In this document: positions 32,968 to 43,015 of the stretch, one piece after another
How the letters are laid out: each line of letters starts with the position of its first letter
Position numbering within the stretch: the stretch's first letter is position 1
From: Pseudobdellovibrionaceae bacterium
Lineage (GTDB): Bacteria; Bdellovibrionota; Bdellovibrionia; Bdellovibrionales; Bdellovibrionaceae
Direction of reading: 5' to 3'
Assembly: GCA_049315665.1 (NCBI GenBank)
Contig: JBMOJS010000001.1
Coordinates: forward strand, 1-53,168
DNA length: 53,168 nucleotides
Made by a program: the position numbers and the translations under genes
Notes under the pieces: generated by a model
Told to the model about the DNA's origin: nothing
Database searches by the model: none
What the model saw: the letters and a program-made list of their open reading frames with translations, nothing else

Positions 32968-34467
32968 ATGGCACCTAAAAAGATATATACAGGAGCAGCC
33001 CTTCTGGGGCTGCTAACATTGGGGGTTTTCATTTTCTTAAAGGAAGGAAGCATGAAATCAAAGCAGATTGATGTTGTAAGGACATCATTTCGAAAAATAG
33101 AACAGTTTCCCGACCCGACAGAAATTAATACTTCTGGAAAGTGGTATTTACTCAATCACATTTCAAGTCCACTTATTGAGTATAGCCATAAAACGTCATC
33201 ATTTAAGCCTTTGATAGCAAGTACGTGGGAAATCAACGATTCGATTTATACTTTTCACTTGAATCCATTGGCAAAGTTTAGCGATGGTTCAATGATAAAA
33301 CCTTCTGACGTTGGCCAATCCATTAAAAGAATTTTAGTCAAAAAGAAATCGACCCATTTTCCACTTTGGAATCATGTTAAAGGCTGCGATCAATTAAATA
33401 ACATGAATCAGAATTGTGATGGCTTAAGCTGGGACGATGATAAAAACATAGTCACTGTGAAGTTAAAAGGAAAAAGTGATTCGTTTTTATTGCAGATTTC
33501 TTCACCGGAAAGTGGGATTTGGGCTGCGCTTGATATTGATTCAGAATGCAACCTTGCACCCACGAAGTACAGCGGCCCATATAGTCTAGAAGGTTTAAAG
33601 GTCGATACCAATAAAGAGTTCATTTTAAATAGAAACTCAAATTCCATTTTGCAGACTGAGTTTCCAAGCTCACCAAATAAAATTGTTGTAAAATCAATGG
33701 AGAGAAGTGAAATTGAAAAGGCCATAGTTGATGGCAACGCTGATATTTTTATTGGCGATTTCATACCGTACAATGATTTTGACTGGGAACAAATGAAGGT
33801 TGGCATTCACTACACGACACCATCATCGATCATTTATTTTTTCGGTCTTAATTCTGAGAAAAAAATTGGCCAAGATCTTTTGGCTAGCTTAGCAACAGTT
33901 CCCGAGAAACGGCTTTTGCGGGCTGACACCTTTTTACCTTTTGCGCCCGAAGTTGCTTTGAACCAAACTGATTATGCAGAAGCATTGCCACTAAAATCAT
34001 CTCGAATACTAAAAGTGGCAGCACCTGGGTTTTATTTTAAAGATCAAGCCCTTGAGTTTCTTAAAAGTGCTGCACAGAAAATTGGAATTGATCTTGAGGT
34101 AACAAAGATTGAAAGGGCTGAATATTTTGAACTAGTAACATCAAAAGAAGATTTTAAAAGTAAATATGACTTTCTGCTTGGCAGTTATGTTGCGTCTGAG
34201 CGCTATCCAGCGGTTCAACTCAGGTTTTTAACCGGGGAAAGACAATCACCTGTAAATTTGTCCGACGTTGAGCAGCCTGATCAAGACCCAGTTAAAATTA
34301 AGCGACTGAAGGATTATCAAAAGTGGCTTTTGAAGTCTCAAACTGTTGTACCTATTTATTTTATGAGAAGCCACATTGTATCTGCTCCATATATTGATGT
34401 TGGTGATCAACCGATCACCGACGCTGATATTCAACTTTGGAGACTAACAAAAAAGGATGCTCAATGA
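32968..34467 (+). CDS. membrane-anchored solute-binding protein, family 5 (peptide/nickel type), orphan
   Basis: N-terminal TM (GAALLGLLTLGVFIF). PLIASTWEINDSIYTFHLNPLAKFSDGSMIKPSDVGQSIKRIL matches the SBP_bac_5 N-lobe signature. No permease or ATPase nearby. Confidence 0.65.
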   Translation: MAPKKIYTGAALLGLLTLGVFIFLKEGSMKSKQIDVVRTSFRKIEQFPDPTEINTSGKWYLLNHISSPLIEYSHKTSSFKPLIASTWEINDSIYTFHLNPLAKFSDGSMIKPSDVGQSIKRILVKKKSTHFPLWNHVKGCDQLNNMNQNCDGLSWDDDKNIVTVKLKGKSDSFLLQISSPESGIWAALDIDSECNLAPTKYSGPYSLEGLKVDTNKEFILNRNSNSILQTEFPSSPNKIVVKSMERSEIEKAIVDGNADIFIGDFIPYNDFDWEQMKVGIHYTTPSSIIYFFGLNSEKKIGQDLLASLATVPEKRLLRADTFLPFAPEVALNQTDYAEALPLKSSRILKVAAPGFYFKDQALEFLKSAAQKIGIDLEVTKIERAEYFELVTSKEDFKSKYDFLLGSYVASERYPAVQLRFLTGERQSPVNLSDVEQPDQDPVKIKRLKDYQKWLLKSQTVVPIYFMRSHIVSAPYIDVGDQPITDADIQLWRLTKKDAQ

Positions 34468-35543
34468 ATTTGAGTGGCTGTCAGATCTTTAATTTGGATA
34501 GTACTTTTGACGACTCGATCGCCGTAGCCAATGAATCTGATTGCAGCAATCTTCTTTTAGATTGGATCGTCAATAATTCGCTTTTAAAATCTGAAATTTT
34601 TGAGAGTGGTCTTGAAATTTCAAATCAGCGATTTTTCCGCTTTTCTATTGCCGCTACGGATCTTGATGGCAACCAGTATCATGGCTTTGGCAGATCAAAA
34701 GATCGCTTGAAGGCTGCGTCCATCGCAGCTGGAGAAATCATCGAGCGATATGTAGCAAAAAAAGTTCTAAAATCTGCTAAGCCCTTTTTAGTAAAACACC
34801 ATGTTTGTGTTCAGGATGCGGAAATCTCAGTCACTGAGTCAGGTCATGAGGTGCCACTGCCGTCGTCGGGATTTCACTCCAGCAATGGATGGGCTGTTCA
34901 CTTTTCTCTAAAAAAAGCTGTTGAGAACTCTACTCTTGAAGCTTTGGAGCGGCATACACTTTTGTATTCATATCTACATAGTGGTTGGAATGGATTTAAG
35001 AGAGACAGCCCAGTTCCATTTGGTAATCACGTGCTCACGCCATATGTGTCGCGTTTTAATTTTGGTGGTTTTGGCGCCGGAATTGTTACAACACAGGGAA
35101 GAGAGTTTCCTGGGTGCACATTTGGATACCTTTGCGATGATGTGGCCACTATCAACGGGTCTCAAAAGTGGTTGAATGCTTTTTTTGAAAGTTACGGCCA
35201 GTGGGAGTCGCTGTCTTTAAACAATGTCCAAAATCAGAATGAAAATTTGCTATCGCAATATCAGAAGTACTTTTTAACAACTTCCCAGCAGAGCGAGGTC
35301 AGGGATCTAATTATAGCTCCGAGTAAGAATAGTGCAAAAATTAAATCAAACATCTTGATGTTCGATTTGAAGCAGGCGTTGGGGCTTCCGTTTCCATTTT
35401 ACGCGGCCTACACATTTGGTGGAGATCTTATCCCACTGTTTTTTCGACAAAAGCTATCTATACAAGAAACGGTATTGCTACAACAAACTTTGAAATACTG
35501 GAGTCTTCCAACAAGTCTTCCGGAGTACCACCCAGTTTTATGA
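34464..35543 (+). CDS. YcaO-like family protein (standalone)
   Basis: ATGA overlap with the SBP stop. GFGRSKDRLKAASIAAGEIIERY and SSNGWAVHFSLKKAVENSTLEALERHTLL match the two conserved YcaO ATP/Mg-binding segments. Confidence 0.65.
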   Translation: MNLSGCQIFNLDSTFDDSIAVANESDCSNLLLDWIVNNSLLKSEIFESGLEISNQRFFRFSIAATDLDGNQYHGFGRSKDRLKAASIAAGEIIERYVAKKVLKSAKPFLVKHHVCVQDAEISVTESGHEVPLPSSGFHSSNGWAVHFSLKKAVENSTLEALERHTLLYSYLHSGWNGFKRDSPVPFGNHVLTPYVSRFNFGGFGAGIVTTQGREFPGCTFGYLCDDVATINGSQKWLNAFFESYGQWESLSLNNVQNQNENLLSQYQKYFLTTSQQSEVRDLIIAPSKNSAKIKSNILMFDLKQALGLPFPFYAAYTFGGDLIPLFFRQKLSIQETVLLQQTLKYWSLPTSLPEYHPVL

Positions 35544-37222
35544 AAAACTTCAATTTAATCAGCAGATTTATAGTTGGTAGTATGATCCTGGGCCTAGTGG
35601 TGCCGATGATCTATCACATTGGGCTCAATGTGGCCCGGCACAACCACTTTAACAAGCTCACAGAGCAGGTGTGCAAGGCAATTGAACCTCGAATACAGAT
35701 TGGTGCGCATCGTGAAGCTTTGGAATATCTGAAGAGTGCCATAGTCAATCAAGGAATTGATGCAGAGCCTTTGATTGAGTTCAAAGATCACGGCAATCTT
35801 GTGACGCCGCCCATTTTGAATGCTGGATCAAAATTCCGCGAGAGTTGTGAGTTTCAAGGCATCACTGGTGTTGAAGCCAGCGTTTTTTACAACCATGTAC
35901 CGGTGCTTAATATTTTGTATCTCTATTTATATATTATATCTGTTCCGACTTTGTTCTTAGTCTTTGTTTGGGCTAGGCGTGGAGTTATGCAATTGCAGAG
36001 AAAAGTTGCTGATCTGATTGAAGCTCAAATGAAACAACTTTTGGGAATCGGCGCAGCTTCAGAGGCGCCAAAGACGAGCCTATTCTACAAAATTTTTGAT
36101 CTTGAGATACCGCTATTAACATATCTGAAAAGACATATTGAAAATCTAGAATCGGACTTACAAAGCTACTCAAAAAAAATAGCCGATCAGCAAAAGCGCG
36201 AAGTTCTTATGGATGTTGCCGCTCAAATGGCCCATGATATAGTAACGCCAATTTCAAATTTGCAGATGATCCTACAGAACGATGATGCGAATAAAAATCA
36301 GAATTTAATTCTGCTGGAGCTTGGACAAATTAAAAATCTTTCTGAAAAGTTGCTTCGTGAATATAGAGGCGAGTCTTCAATGGCTGAACAAAAACGTGAA
36401 ACGATTGATGTCGTCGAAAGCATTCACTCAGCCCTAGAAAGTGCGAAGGTGTTCGCCAAAAGTATGAGACCTGTCGTATTTAACTTTGATTGCAAAAAGA
36501 ATGAAAAAGTTGAACTCGTAGGTGATCGAAGCGATTTTATTGCCGCACTTTCAAATATCTTAAGAAATTCAGTGGAGGCCTTAGAAAAAGACAATGGTGT
36601 CATCACTGTAAGGCTCCTCAAGGATTTTCAAAGTTTGAAAGTCCATGTCTCTGACAATGGGTGCGGAATTAAAGAAGAAAATTTATCGAAAATATTTGAA
36701 AACAAATTCTCGGTTGGAAAGAAGAATGGCACTGGCTTAGGTCTCTTTCAGGTAAAGTCCATGATTGAAAGTATGAAGGGCGCAATTCATGTCGAATCAA
36801 AAATTGGTATTGGCACAACTATAGGGCTTACTTGGCCTCTTTGCTCGGAATCATTTACGAATGGTTTAAACCAAAAAACTATCGCAACCCAACGGCCCGA
36901 TTTAATTTTGATTGATGATACAAACTCAAATCATGTCAGATGGGATATCGAAGCAAGGCGTGCTCAGAAGAAATTGGCTTCGTTTCGATCTTTGGACGAC
37001 TTTAATTCTGCATCTCAAAACATCGATAGGGATACCCCCATTTTTGTCGATTACACTTTTGACAATGGACCGCACACAGGCAAGGAAATTGCTGAGCGCA
37101 TAGTTTCAGCGGGTTTTGAAAATGTGCATATTGCGACCGCCCTCCCGGTTGATCGTGTCGATAGGCCCACTGGAATCAAATCTGTTCGAGGTAAAGATTT
37201 TCCATTGGCAGTGCTTCTGTAA
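35540..37222 (+). CDS. hybrid sensor histidine kinase (2 TM + HisKA + HATPase + C-terminal REC)
   Basis: ATGA overlap with YcaO. H-box AAQMAHDIVTPISNL, N-box LSNILRNSVEA, G-boxes DNGCGI and GTGLGL. C-terminal LILIDD...IFVDY...IATA receiver. Confidence 0.85.
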   Translation: MKNFNLISRFIVGSMILGLVVPMIYHIGLNVARHNHFNKLTEQVCKAIEPRIQIGAHREALEYLKSAIVNQGIDAEPLIEFKDHGNLVTPPILNAGSKFRESCEFQGITGVEASVFYNHVPVLNILYLYLYIISVPTLFLVFVWARRGVMQLQRKVADLIEAQMKQLLGIGAASEAPKTSLFYKIFDLEIPLLTYLKRHIENLESDLQSYSKKIADQQKREVLMDVAAQMAHDIVTPISNLQMILQNDDANKNQNLILLELGQIKNLSEKLLREYRGESSMAEQKRETIDVVESIHSALESAKVFAKSMRPVVFNFDCKKNEKVELVGDRSDFIAALSNILRNSVEALEKDNGVITVRLLKDFQSLKVHVSDNGCGIKEENLSKIFENKFSVGKKNGTGLGLFQVKSMIESMKGAIHVESKIGIGTTIGLTWPLCSESFTNGLNQKTIATQRPDLILIDDTNSNHVRWDIEARRAQKKLASFRSLDDFNSASQNIDRDTPIFVDYTFDNGPHTGKEIAERIVSAGFENVHIATALPVDRVDRPTGIKSVRGKDFPLAVLL

Positions 37223-37324
37223 ATTGTTTTTATATTCAATTGGTTGCATCTGCTAACCTGACTCGGCGATGCAGATATTGAGACTGGACTTCGCGTATAA
37301 AGGAAGCTTTCTTTTAGGAGTTAT

Positions 37325-37519
37325 ATGGAGGCAAGTCTTATGGAAAACATTGTCTTTCGATCCTTTGAGGTTGTATTTAAGACTGTCGGAATTTTATTAC
37401 TGACGGGTGCAATTGTAGCGGCCGTGACTGACATCCAAAAGCGTGCATTTGAAAGTAAGCGAACGGGCCTGACCAGTATGTTAAAAGTGAATGAACAATT
37501 GGTGGGTAAATCGCAGTGA
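37325..37519 (+). CDS. small membrane protein (tentative)
   Basis: 64-aa ORF behind aggag with one hydrophobic helix (VGILLLTGAIVAAV). Confidence 0.3.
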   Translation: MEASLMENIVFRSFEVVFKTVGILLLTGAIVAAVTDIQKRAFESKRTGLTSMLKVNEQLVGKSQ

Positions 37520-37772
37520 GGGTGTTGGGTTATATTGAATCTGCTAGATCTTTTAGAAAATTGAAAAATTTGAAGTAGATTGAAAAATTTCCACAAAATT
37601 TTCCTAAAATTTCAAACAAAAAGTCTGAATAAACAAAAATGACAATGGATGCTTTATTTTCTAGGAATTCTTTGTTCCGGGATGATAAAGGTCTAAGTTA
37701 TCTAAATGGATGGTTGAAACTGGGGATGTTTTGAATTAAGAGATGGCTATTCCCAATAGCAAGGACAAAGGC

Positions 37773-38633
37773 ATGAAAATTCTTCTTATATTGACTCTAG
37801 TCTGCATCACAAGTTTTTTGTCGGCGGCAGACAAGCCCCGTGTTCTTTTGCAGGAAATTCAATTGCTTCAAGACAAAAAGCGAATTCTTGTGCCAGTCAA
37901 AGTCGAAGCTAAAATTCAATCCCAAGTCAACGCGGACATCGAAGGTCATATCACTAAAATTTTAAAACCGCTTGGCGCCAATGTGAAAGCTGGCGAAATT
38001 GTACTTTATCTTGAAAATAAGGATCCTGGCTTTACTTATGCTGCAGTCCCTGTTCGCTCCCCCATATCGGGAGTTCTTAGTCAAATGTGGACGAGTCAAA
38101 TGGCAAAAGTCAATCGAGGCGATAAGCTTTTTACTATTATCAACCCGAAGTCTTTAAAACTCAGTGCAGAGTTACCAAGCAATGATCTCATGCTTGTGCA
38201 TGCAGGACTTTTAGGACGATTTAAAATGGAAACAGATAGTCGCCTTGATTTACCCATTCGCATTGTTGGCATAAGCCCCCTTGTAGACGCTCGAACCGGC
38301 ACGGCGTCTGCAGAATTTCAATTTACAAATTTAAAATCAACTCTGCCACCTATTGGAAGTATTGGGCAGGTCACTTTTGAAATTGATCAAGGTTCTGTAA
38401 TGCTAATCCCCGAAGCTTCTTTAACATTTCAAGATGGGAAAGCCATGGTGCGAATATTAAAGGGTGAAGCCCATTTTGATAAAAAGGCCGTTGAACTTGG
38501 CGAGCAACGAGACACAGCCTTTGTTGTAAAATCTGGCATCAAAAAAGGGGATAAAGTGATTGTTCGCTCTAGCCGCCCATTAAAAGAAGGCGATGTTCTT
38601 GAAATTGAAAAAACAGGAACAAAAACGCAATGA
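37773..38633 (+). CDS. RND efflux periplasmic adaptor (HlyD/MFP family)
   Basis: ATG at 37773 behind aagga. Signal/lipid anchor, lipoyl-like hairpin segments (V..G..V..G..L). ATGA overlap with the RND pump. Confidence 0.7.
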   Translation: MKILLILTLVCITSFLSAADKPRVLLQEIQLLQDKKRILVPVKVEAKIQSQVNADIEGHITKILKPLGANVKAGEIVLYLENKDPGFTYAAVPVRSPISGVLSQMWTSQMAKVNRGDKLFTIINPKSLKLSAELPSNDLMLVHAGLLGRFKMETDSRLDLPIRIVGISPLVDARTGTASAEFQFTNLKSTLPPIGSIGQVTFEIDQGSVMLIPEASLTFQDGKAMVRILKGEAHFDKKAVELGEQRDTAFVVKSGIKKGDKVIVRSSRPLKEGDVLEIEKTGTKTQ

Positions 38634-41600
38634 GTTCGCTTTATACCCGCCCCTTGAGAGTGTATATCATTCTTGGGGCCCTGGGGCTTTGGGGTATTTT
38701 CAGTGGCTTGCAACTACCTATTTCTCTTTTTCCAAATAGCAGTCAGGTTATAGTTTCCGCCAATGTTCCCTTGGGCTCATTGTCTTCTCAGCAATTTTTT
38801 GAAGCTTACGGACGCGAGCTTGAAGCGAGCCTGCAAAACATGAAAATTGAATCTATAGCCGTCAAAGAACTGAACGCTGATTATGGCAATCAGACGGCAA
38901 GTTATCAGATCACTTTTCAGTGGGGAGCTGACTCCGAAAAGGCTATTAATGAAGTCAAAAATATCGTTAATACTCGATTCGCTGGGGCAACAGAAGAAGT
39001 TCGTCGCGGTATCGGCATCAATTCTTGGAGCGAAAATCGTGGCTTTTTTGCTGTGAGCTTTTTTAGTCCGCTGCGCTCTTTGGACGATCTTTATCAAACA
39101 CTGGAACCAATGATTACCCCGATACAATCGCAAATAGAAGATGCAGGAAGCTTCGGCCTGTGGAATCCCAATCGCAAAGAAATTACTGTTAGCCTCTTAC
39201 CTGAAAAAATGGCCCAATTCGAGATAACTACGCTACAGGTACAAAAAGCCATACAAGCAGCAGTGGTTGGTCTAAACGGTGGCACATTAAGACTAGGTGA
39301 AAAAGACTACGTCATAGACCTACCTAAAAATATACAAAGCTTCGAACTACTTTCAGAGATTCGTGTTTCTCCCCGTGGCAAAGTGGCCATTTTTCTGAAA
39401 GATATTGCTAAAATCAGCTTGGGTATTTCAAAAAACAGCAATCAGAAGTTTAAAACCAGTGGTGTAGAAAGTCTGATTCTTTTTGCCAGCCCTAAAGAGG
39501 GCGGAAATATTAAAAAAATGGCTGATCAAATCGTCGAACAATTGAAAATAATATCGACCCAGTGGCCTGCGGACGTTGAATTTAAAATCTTGGTGAACCC
39601 TTCTGAATTCATCAATAACAGTATACAAAGTGTCGTTAAAGAAGTTTTTCTGGCGGCATTTTTAGCGGTTATTGTTCTATTTTTTTTTCTTGGCAGCTTC
39701 AAGAATGTCATAACTGCTGCAATTGAAATTCCTTTAAGTTTGTTGATGGCTTTTATTCTGATGCGCTTAACTGGAATGAATCTTAATCTTATTTCGCTGG
39801 GCGGCCTGGCGCTATCTGCTGGAATGAATGTCGATGCATCAGTGGTGGTTTTAGAAAATATTATGCGTCACTTTGAGGGGCACAAGGGGCCACTTTCTTC
39901 GGCAGAAAAAACTCATCGTGTAATCACTGCAGTGAGTGAAGTTCGAATACCAATTATAGCTTCGACGCTAGCCTCTTTGGTGGTGTTTTTACCTTTAATT
40001 TTTACCCAGGGGCTAACTCAATCCCTTTTAGGTGATCTTGCTAAAGCAGTTATTTTTTCCCATGGGCTTTCTGCAGTCGTTGCCTTAGTCCTTGTGCCAA
40101 CGATTCGGTTGCATCTATTGGATAAAGGAAAACAGCTTGAGTCGCGTTCGCCCATTGAAGGTTTTTTACACAAAGTAGAAAAAATCTACCGTCGTAGTTT
40201 GGAAGCTTTCTTGAATCAACGACGTTGGCAAGCCTATGTTTTCGGTGGACTGATTCTACTTCTGCCTCTTTTAATTATAGCGGTCTTGCCCCAGCTTAAT
40301 AAAGAAATTATTGGCAAACCAGATAGCGATTGGCTTATTATTGGAATATCATCACCATCTTTTTCAACTTTAAAACAAATGGAATCTGAGCTTGAAGCGA
40401 TGGAATCAGCTATCAATTCAAGTTTTGCAGATGAAAAGCTTTATACTTTCACGCAAATAAATGGGCCTCGCAATGGCAATATTATGGTGCGCATCAAACA
40501 CAAAGAAAAGATTCATCAGTTAGTAGCAAAGGCGGAGGAAATTTTTAAGAATAGCCCTACTAAGTTTTATTGGGTTGATTCTTGGAATCCATCGGAACTT
40601 TCTTTACCTGATCCACCTCAATATCGGCTAGAAATCACCGGTGGAGACGCTACTAAGAGATTGCAAACAGCTCAAGATGTACAAGCGTTGCTATTAGAGA
40701 ATGGCACCTTTGACAAAGTTCGAGTAACACCAACCTCAGACAAAGAAAAAGAAATTCGCGTCAAAAAATTTTCAGATTCTGGGTCTGAATCCGAAGTTCT
40801 TTCTAAGGAAGAATTATCACACTATTTGCGAGTCGTGACTGACGGGGTTTACGCCGAGCGACTTTTCCAAAAGCAACAAGAAATTCCGATATACTTACGT
40901 CTAAATTTTTCAGAAGTGTCCTCCGTCGAGCAGTTAAAAGCTTTTCCTATTGGTTTTGAAGGTCGACTTATTCCACTGGGTGCTTTGGCACAAATATCCT
41001 TACAGGATAGGCCACCGCGTATCTATCGTGAAAACCAAAAATCTTTGCTTGTTCTTTCTGGCCGCGTCAACAAGGCACAGATGGCACATGCAAAAATTAA
41101 AATTGCTCAAGCCGAAGATATTGTCCATAAATTCAAAAATAAAATGGAACCGAGCGATCCGAGTTTACCAGCTTTGGTTGAGGTTCAACCAGATAAGGAT
41201 CTGCAGCAGTCCTTGGAACAATTGAAATGGGCAGTTGCAATTTCAATTGTCTTAGTATTTTTAACGATGGTGTTGCAACTTGGGGACATTGTTCATTCAC
41301 TTTTAGTTCTTGTCGCCATTCCGCTTGGCTTTATTGGCGTATTGGTGTCGTTATTTATATTCAATAGTACTCTATCCCTCAATTCAGGCTTGGGAACTAT
41401 TCTTCTCAATGGAATCGCTGTCGCTAATAGCATTATTTTAGTGGATTTTATTCGCAAACTTCATTTGAGCGGGAAAGATGCAAAGACCGCAACAATAGAA
41501 GCCTCACTTGCTCGTATACGCCCCATTCTCATGACATCATTGACCACGGTTTTAGGGATGCTTCCCATTGCTCTTGGCTTCGGCGATGGAGGGAAAATTT

Positions 41601-41716
41601 TGCAACCCCTTGGTATTGCGGTTTGTGGTGGACTCTGGGTATCAACCCTATTGACACTCTATATTGTACCAACACTTCAGTACTTATATTTATCGCGAAA
41701 AGAGAAGTTATCATGA
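38630..41716 (+). CDS. RND family efflux transporter permease (AcrB/CzcA superfamily)
   Basis: 1028 aa with a 12-TM architecture and two large periplasmic loops. Typical segments GGLALSAGMNVDASVVVLENI and LTTVLGMLPIALG. Confidence 0.9.
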   Translation: MSSLYTRPLRVYIILGALGLWGIFSGLQLPISLFPNSSQVIVSANVPLGSLSSQQFFEAYGRELEASLQNMKIESIAVKELNADYGNQTASYQITFQWGADSEKAINEVKNIVNTRFAGATEEVRRGIGINSWSENRGFFAVSFFSPLRSLDDLYQTLEPMITPIQSQIEDAGSFGLWNPNRKEITVSLLPEKMAQFEITTLQVQKAIQAAVVGLNGGTLRLGEKDYVIDLPKNIQSFELLSEIRVSPRGKVAIFLKDIAKISLGISKNSNQKFKTSGVESLILFASPKEGGNIKKMADQIVEQLKIISTQWPADVEFKILVNPSEFINNSIQSVVKEVFLAAFLAVIVLFFFLGSFKNVITAAIEIPLSLLMAFILMRLTGMNLNLISLGGLALSAGMNVDASVVVLENIMRHFEGHKGPLSSAEKTHRVITAVSEVRIPIIASTLASLVVFLPLIFTQGLTQSLLGDLAKAVIFSHGLSAVVALVLVPTIRLHLLDKGKQLESRSPIEGFLHKVEKIYRRSLEAFLNQRRWQAYVFGGLILLLPLLIIAVLPQLNKEIIGKPDSDWLIIGISSPSFSTLKQMESELEAMESAINSSFADEKLYTFTQINGPRNGNIMVRIKHKEKIHQLVAKAEEIFKNSPTKFYWVDSWNPSELSLPDPPQYRLEITGGDATKRLQTAQDVQALLLENGTFDKVRVTPTSDKEKEIRVKKFSDSGSESEVLSKEELSHYLRVVTDGVYAERLFQKQQEIPIYLRLNFSEVSSVEQLKAFPIGFEGRLIPLGALAQISLQDRPPRIYRENQKSLLVLSGRVNKAQMAHAKIKIAQAEDIVHKFKNKMEPSDPSLPALVEVQPDKDLQQSLEQLKWAVAISIVLVFLTMVLQLGDIVHSLLVLVAIPLGFIGVLVSLFIFNSTLSLNSGLGTILLNGIAVANSIILVDFIRKLHLSGKDAKTATIEASLARIRPILMTSLTTVLGMLPIALGFGDGGKILQPLGIAVCGGLWVSTLLTLYIVPTLQYLYLSRKEKLS

Positions 41717-42924
41717 TCATCATACTATTTAGTCTAATGAGTTTTGCACACGCAAGCCCTGGGGCTTTTTTTGCAGATCTTGAAAATTTCAGAAATAAGA
41801 ACTTGAGCCTGCAAACAGAAAAGCAAAATCTAAATGCCAGTACAGATCTTTTGCTTTCACGTCAACTGTTCTGGACCCCTAAGCTTAGTTTGTCAGCAGA
41901 AGGCGCTCAAACCTCTATCAACTCAGGAACGCTCTTAGAAAGTGACAACCTTTCTGCCAACTTAAATTGGAATTTATCCCGTGGCGGATCCGATTGGAGC
42001 GCCCTCAAAGGGGCCCGAGCACAAAAAGCGGCACAAGAGCTGCAGGTCTTGAATGAATCCTTGCGGGTGGAGGTCAAAGCTGCCGATCTTATTTTTAAAT
42101 CTATCTACCTCGTTGAATTAAAACGTATTCAAGAACAACTATTGAAACTTAAAGATGAGTCACTGAAAATTGTCTCTGATCGCTATCATCAAGGCAAGTT
42201 GCCATTGCAAGATGTAACAAAATCGGAAGTTGATCTTACCCAACAAAAAAATAAACTGCGCATAGCTCAATTGGATGTATTGGAAAACAAATCACAGATT
42301 TCTTCCTTGTTTATTGAAGATTTAAGAACTACAAAATGGCCTTTCACAGAAAAAACAAATCCACGATCTTCTAAAACTGAAAAAGTACCATTGGTCGAAC
42401 AAAAATATTGGTTAAGCCAGTCCCAAGAAGCGATATGGAAAGCCAGTAAGGGCCTGCACTGGCCCTCCTTAGACTTAAAATTTCAATATCAACAATCGCC
42501 AATTAAAGAGCGTAGTAATAGTCAGTGGACGGGACTGCTATCATTAACTTTTCCGTTATGGGATCAATTCGAAACCTCTGCAAAAGTTTCTGATTCCTAC
42601 GCCAAATATATGGCTGCACTAAATGAATACAAAGATACCCAACAATCATTGCTACAAAAAAATGATTTTTTAAAAGACAAAATTCAAACACTTCGTGTAA
42701 ATTTAATAGAAGCCAAAAACAATTTAGAGACTTCCAGGAAGCTCTATCAAGATGTTTTAAAAGGTTTTCGGCTAGGTCGAATTTCAACCAATGATTTGTT
42801 CACAGAACAAAATCGACTGTTGGAAAGTGAAAACACCTTTGCAGTCAGCCAATTGAGTTTTCACCAAAGTCTTATTGAAGTCTGTGCACTTGCCGGAATA
42901 ACTTGTTCAGAATGTTTAGAATAG
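41713..42924 (+). CDS. TolC-like outer membrane efflux protein
   Basis: ATGA overlap with the pump stop. Signal MIIILFSLMSFAHA. Two OEP-like repeats with long coiled segments. Confidence 0.7.
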   Translation: MIIILFSLMSFAHASPGAFFADLENFRNKNLSLQTEKQNLNASTDLLLSRQLFWTPKLSLSAEGAQTSINSGTLLESDNLSANLNWNLSRGGSDWSALKGARAQKAAQELQVLNESLRVEVKAADLIFKSIYLVELKRIQEQLLKLKDESLKIVSDRYHQGKLPLQDVTKSEVDLTQQKNKLRIAQLDVLENKSQISSLFIEDLRTTKWPFTEKTNPRSSKTEKVPLVEQKYWLSQSQEAIWKASKGLHWPSLDLKFQYQQSPIKERSNSQWTGLLSLTFPLWDQFETSAKVSDSYAKYMAALNEYKDTQQSLLQKNDFLKDKIQTLRVNLIEAKNNLETSRKLYQDVLKGFRLGRISTNDLFTEQNRLLESENTFAVSQLSFHQSLIEVCALAGITCSECLE

Positions 42925-43015
42925 CTAAGCTAAATATTTTTTCAGCGTCGACAAAAACAACTACCAATTATTCATTAAAAATTGTAAATGTTTTTTTAAA
43001 ACTAAGGAGTCCTTT

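Noticed and set aside
32961-32985. TGGCAC at the start of the SBP gene, considered as a possible internal sigma54 promoter
   Set aside because: No TTGC element lies at the required distance, and the hexamer overlaps the ATG codon of the CDS.
37240-37290. Imperfect inverted repeat (atctgc...gcagat) after the histidine kinase gene, considered as a terminator
   Set aside because: The stem is only 6 bp, the loop is ~17 nt and no T-tract follows. Not convincing.
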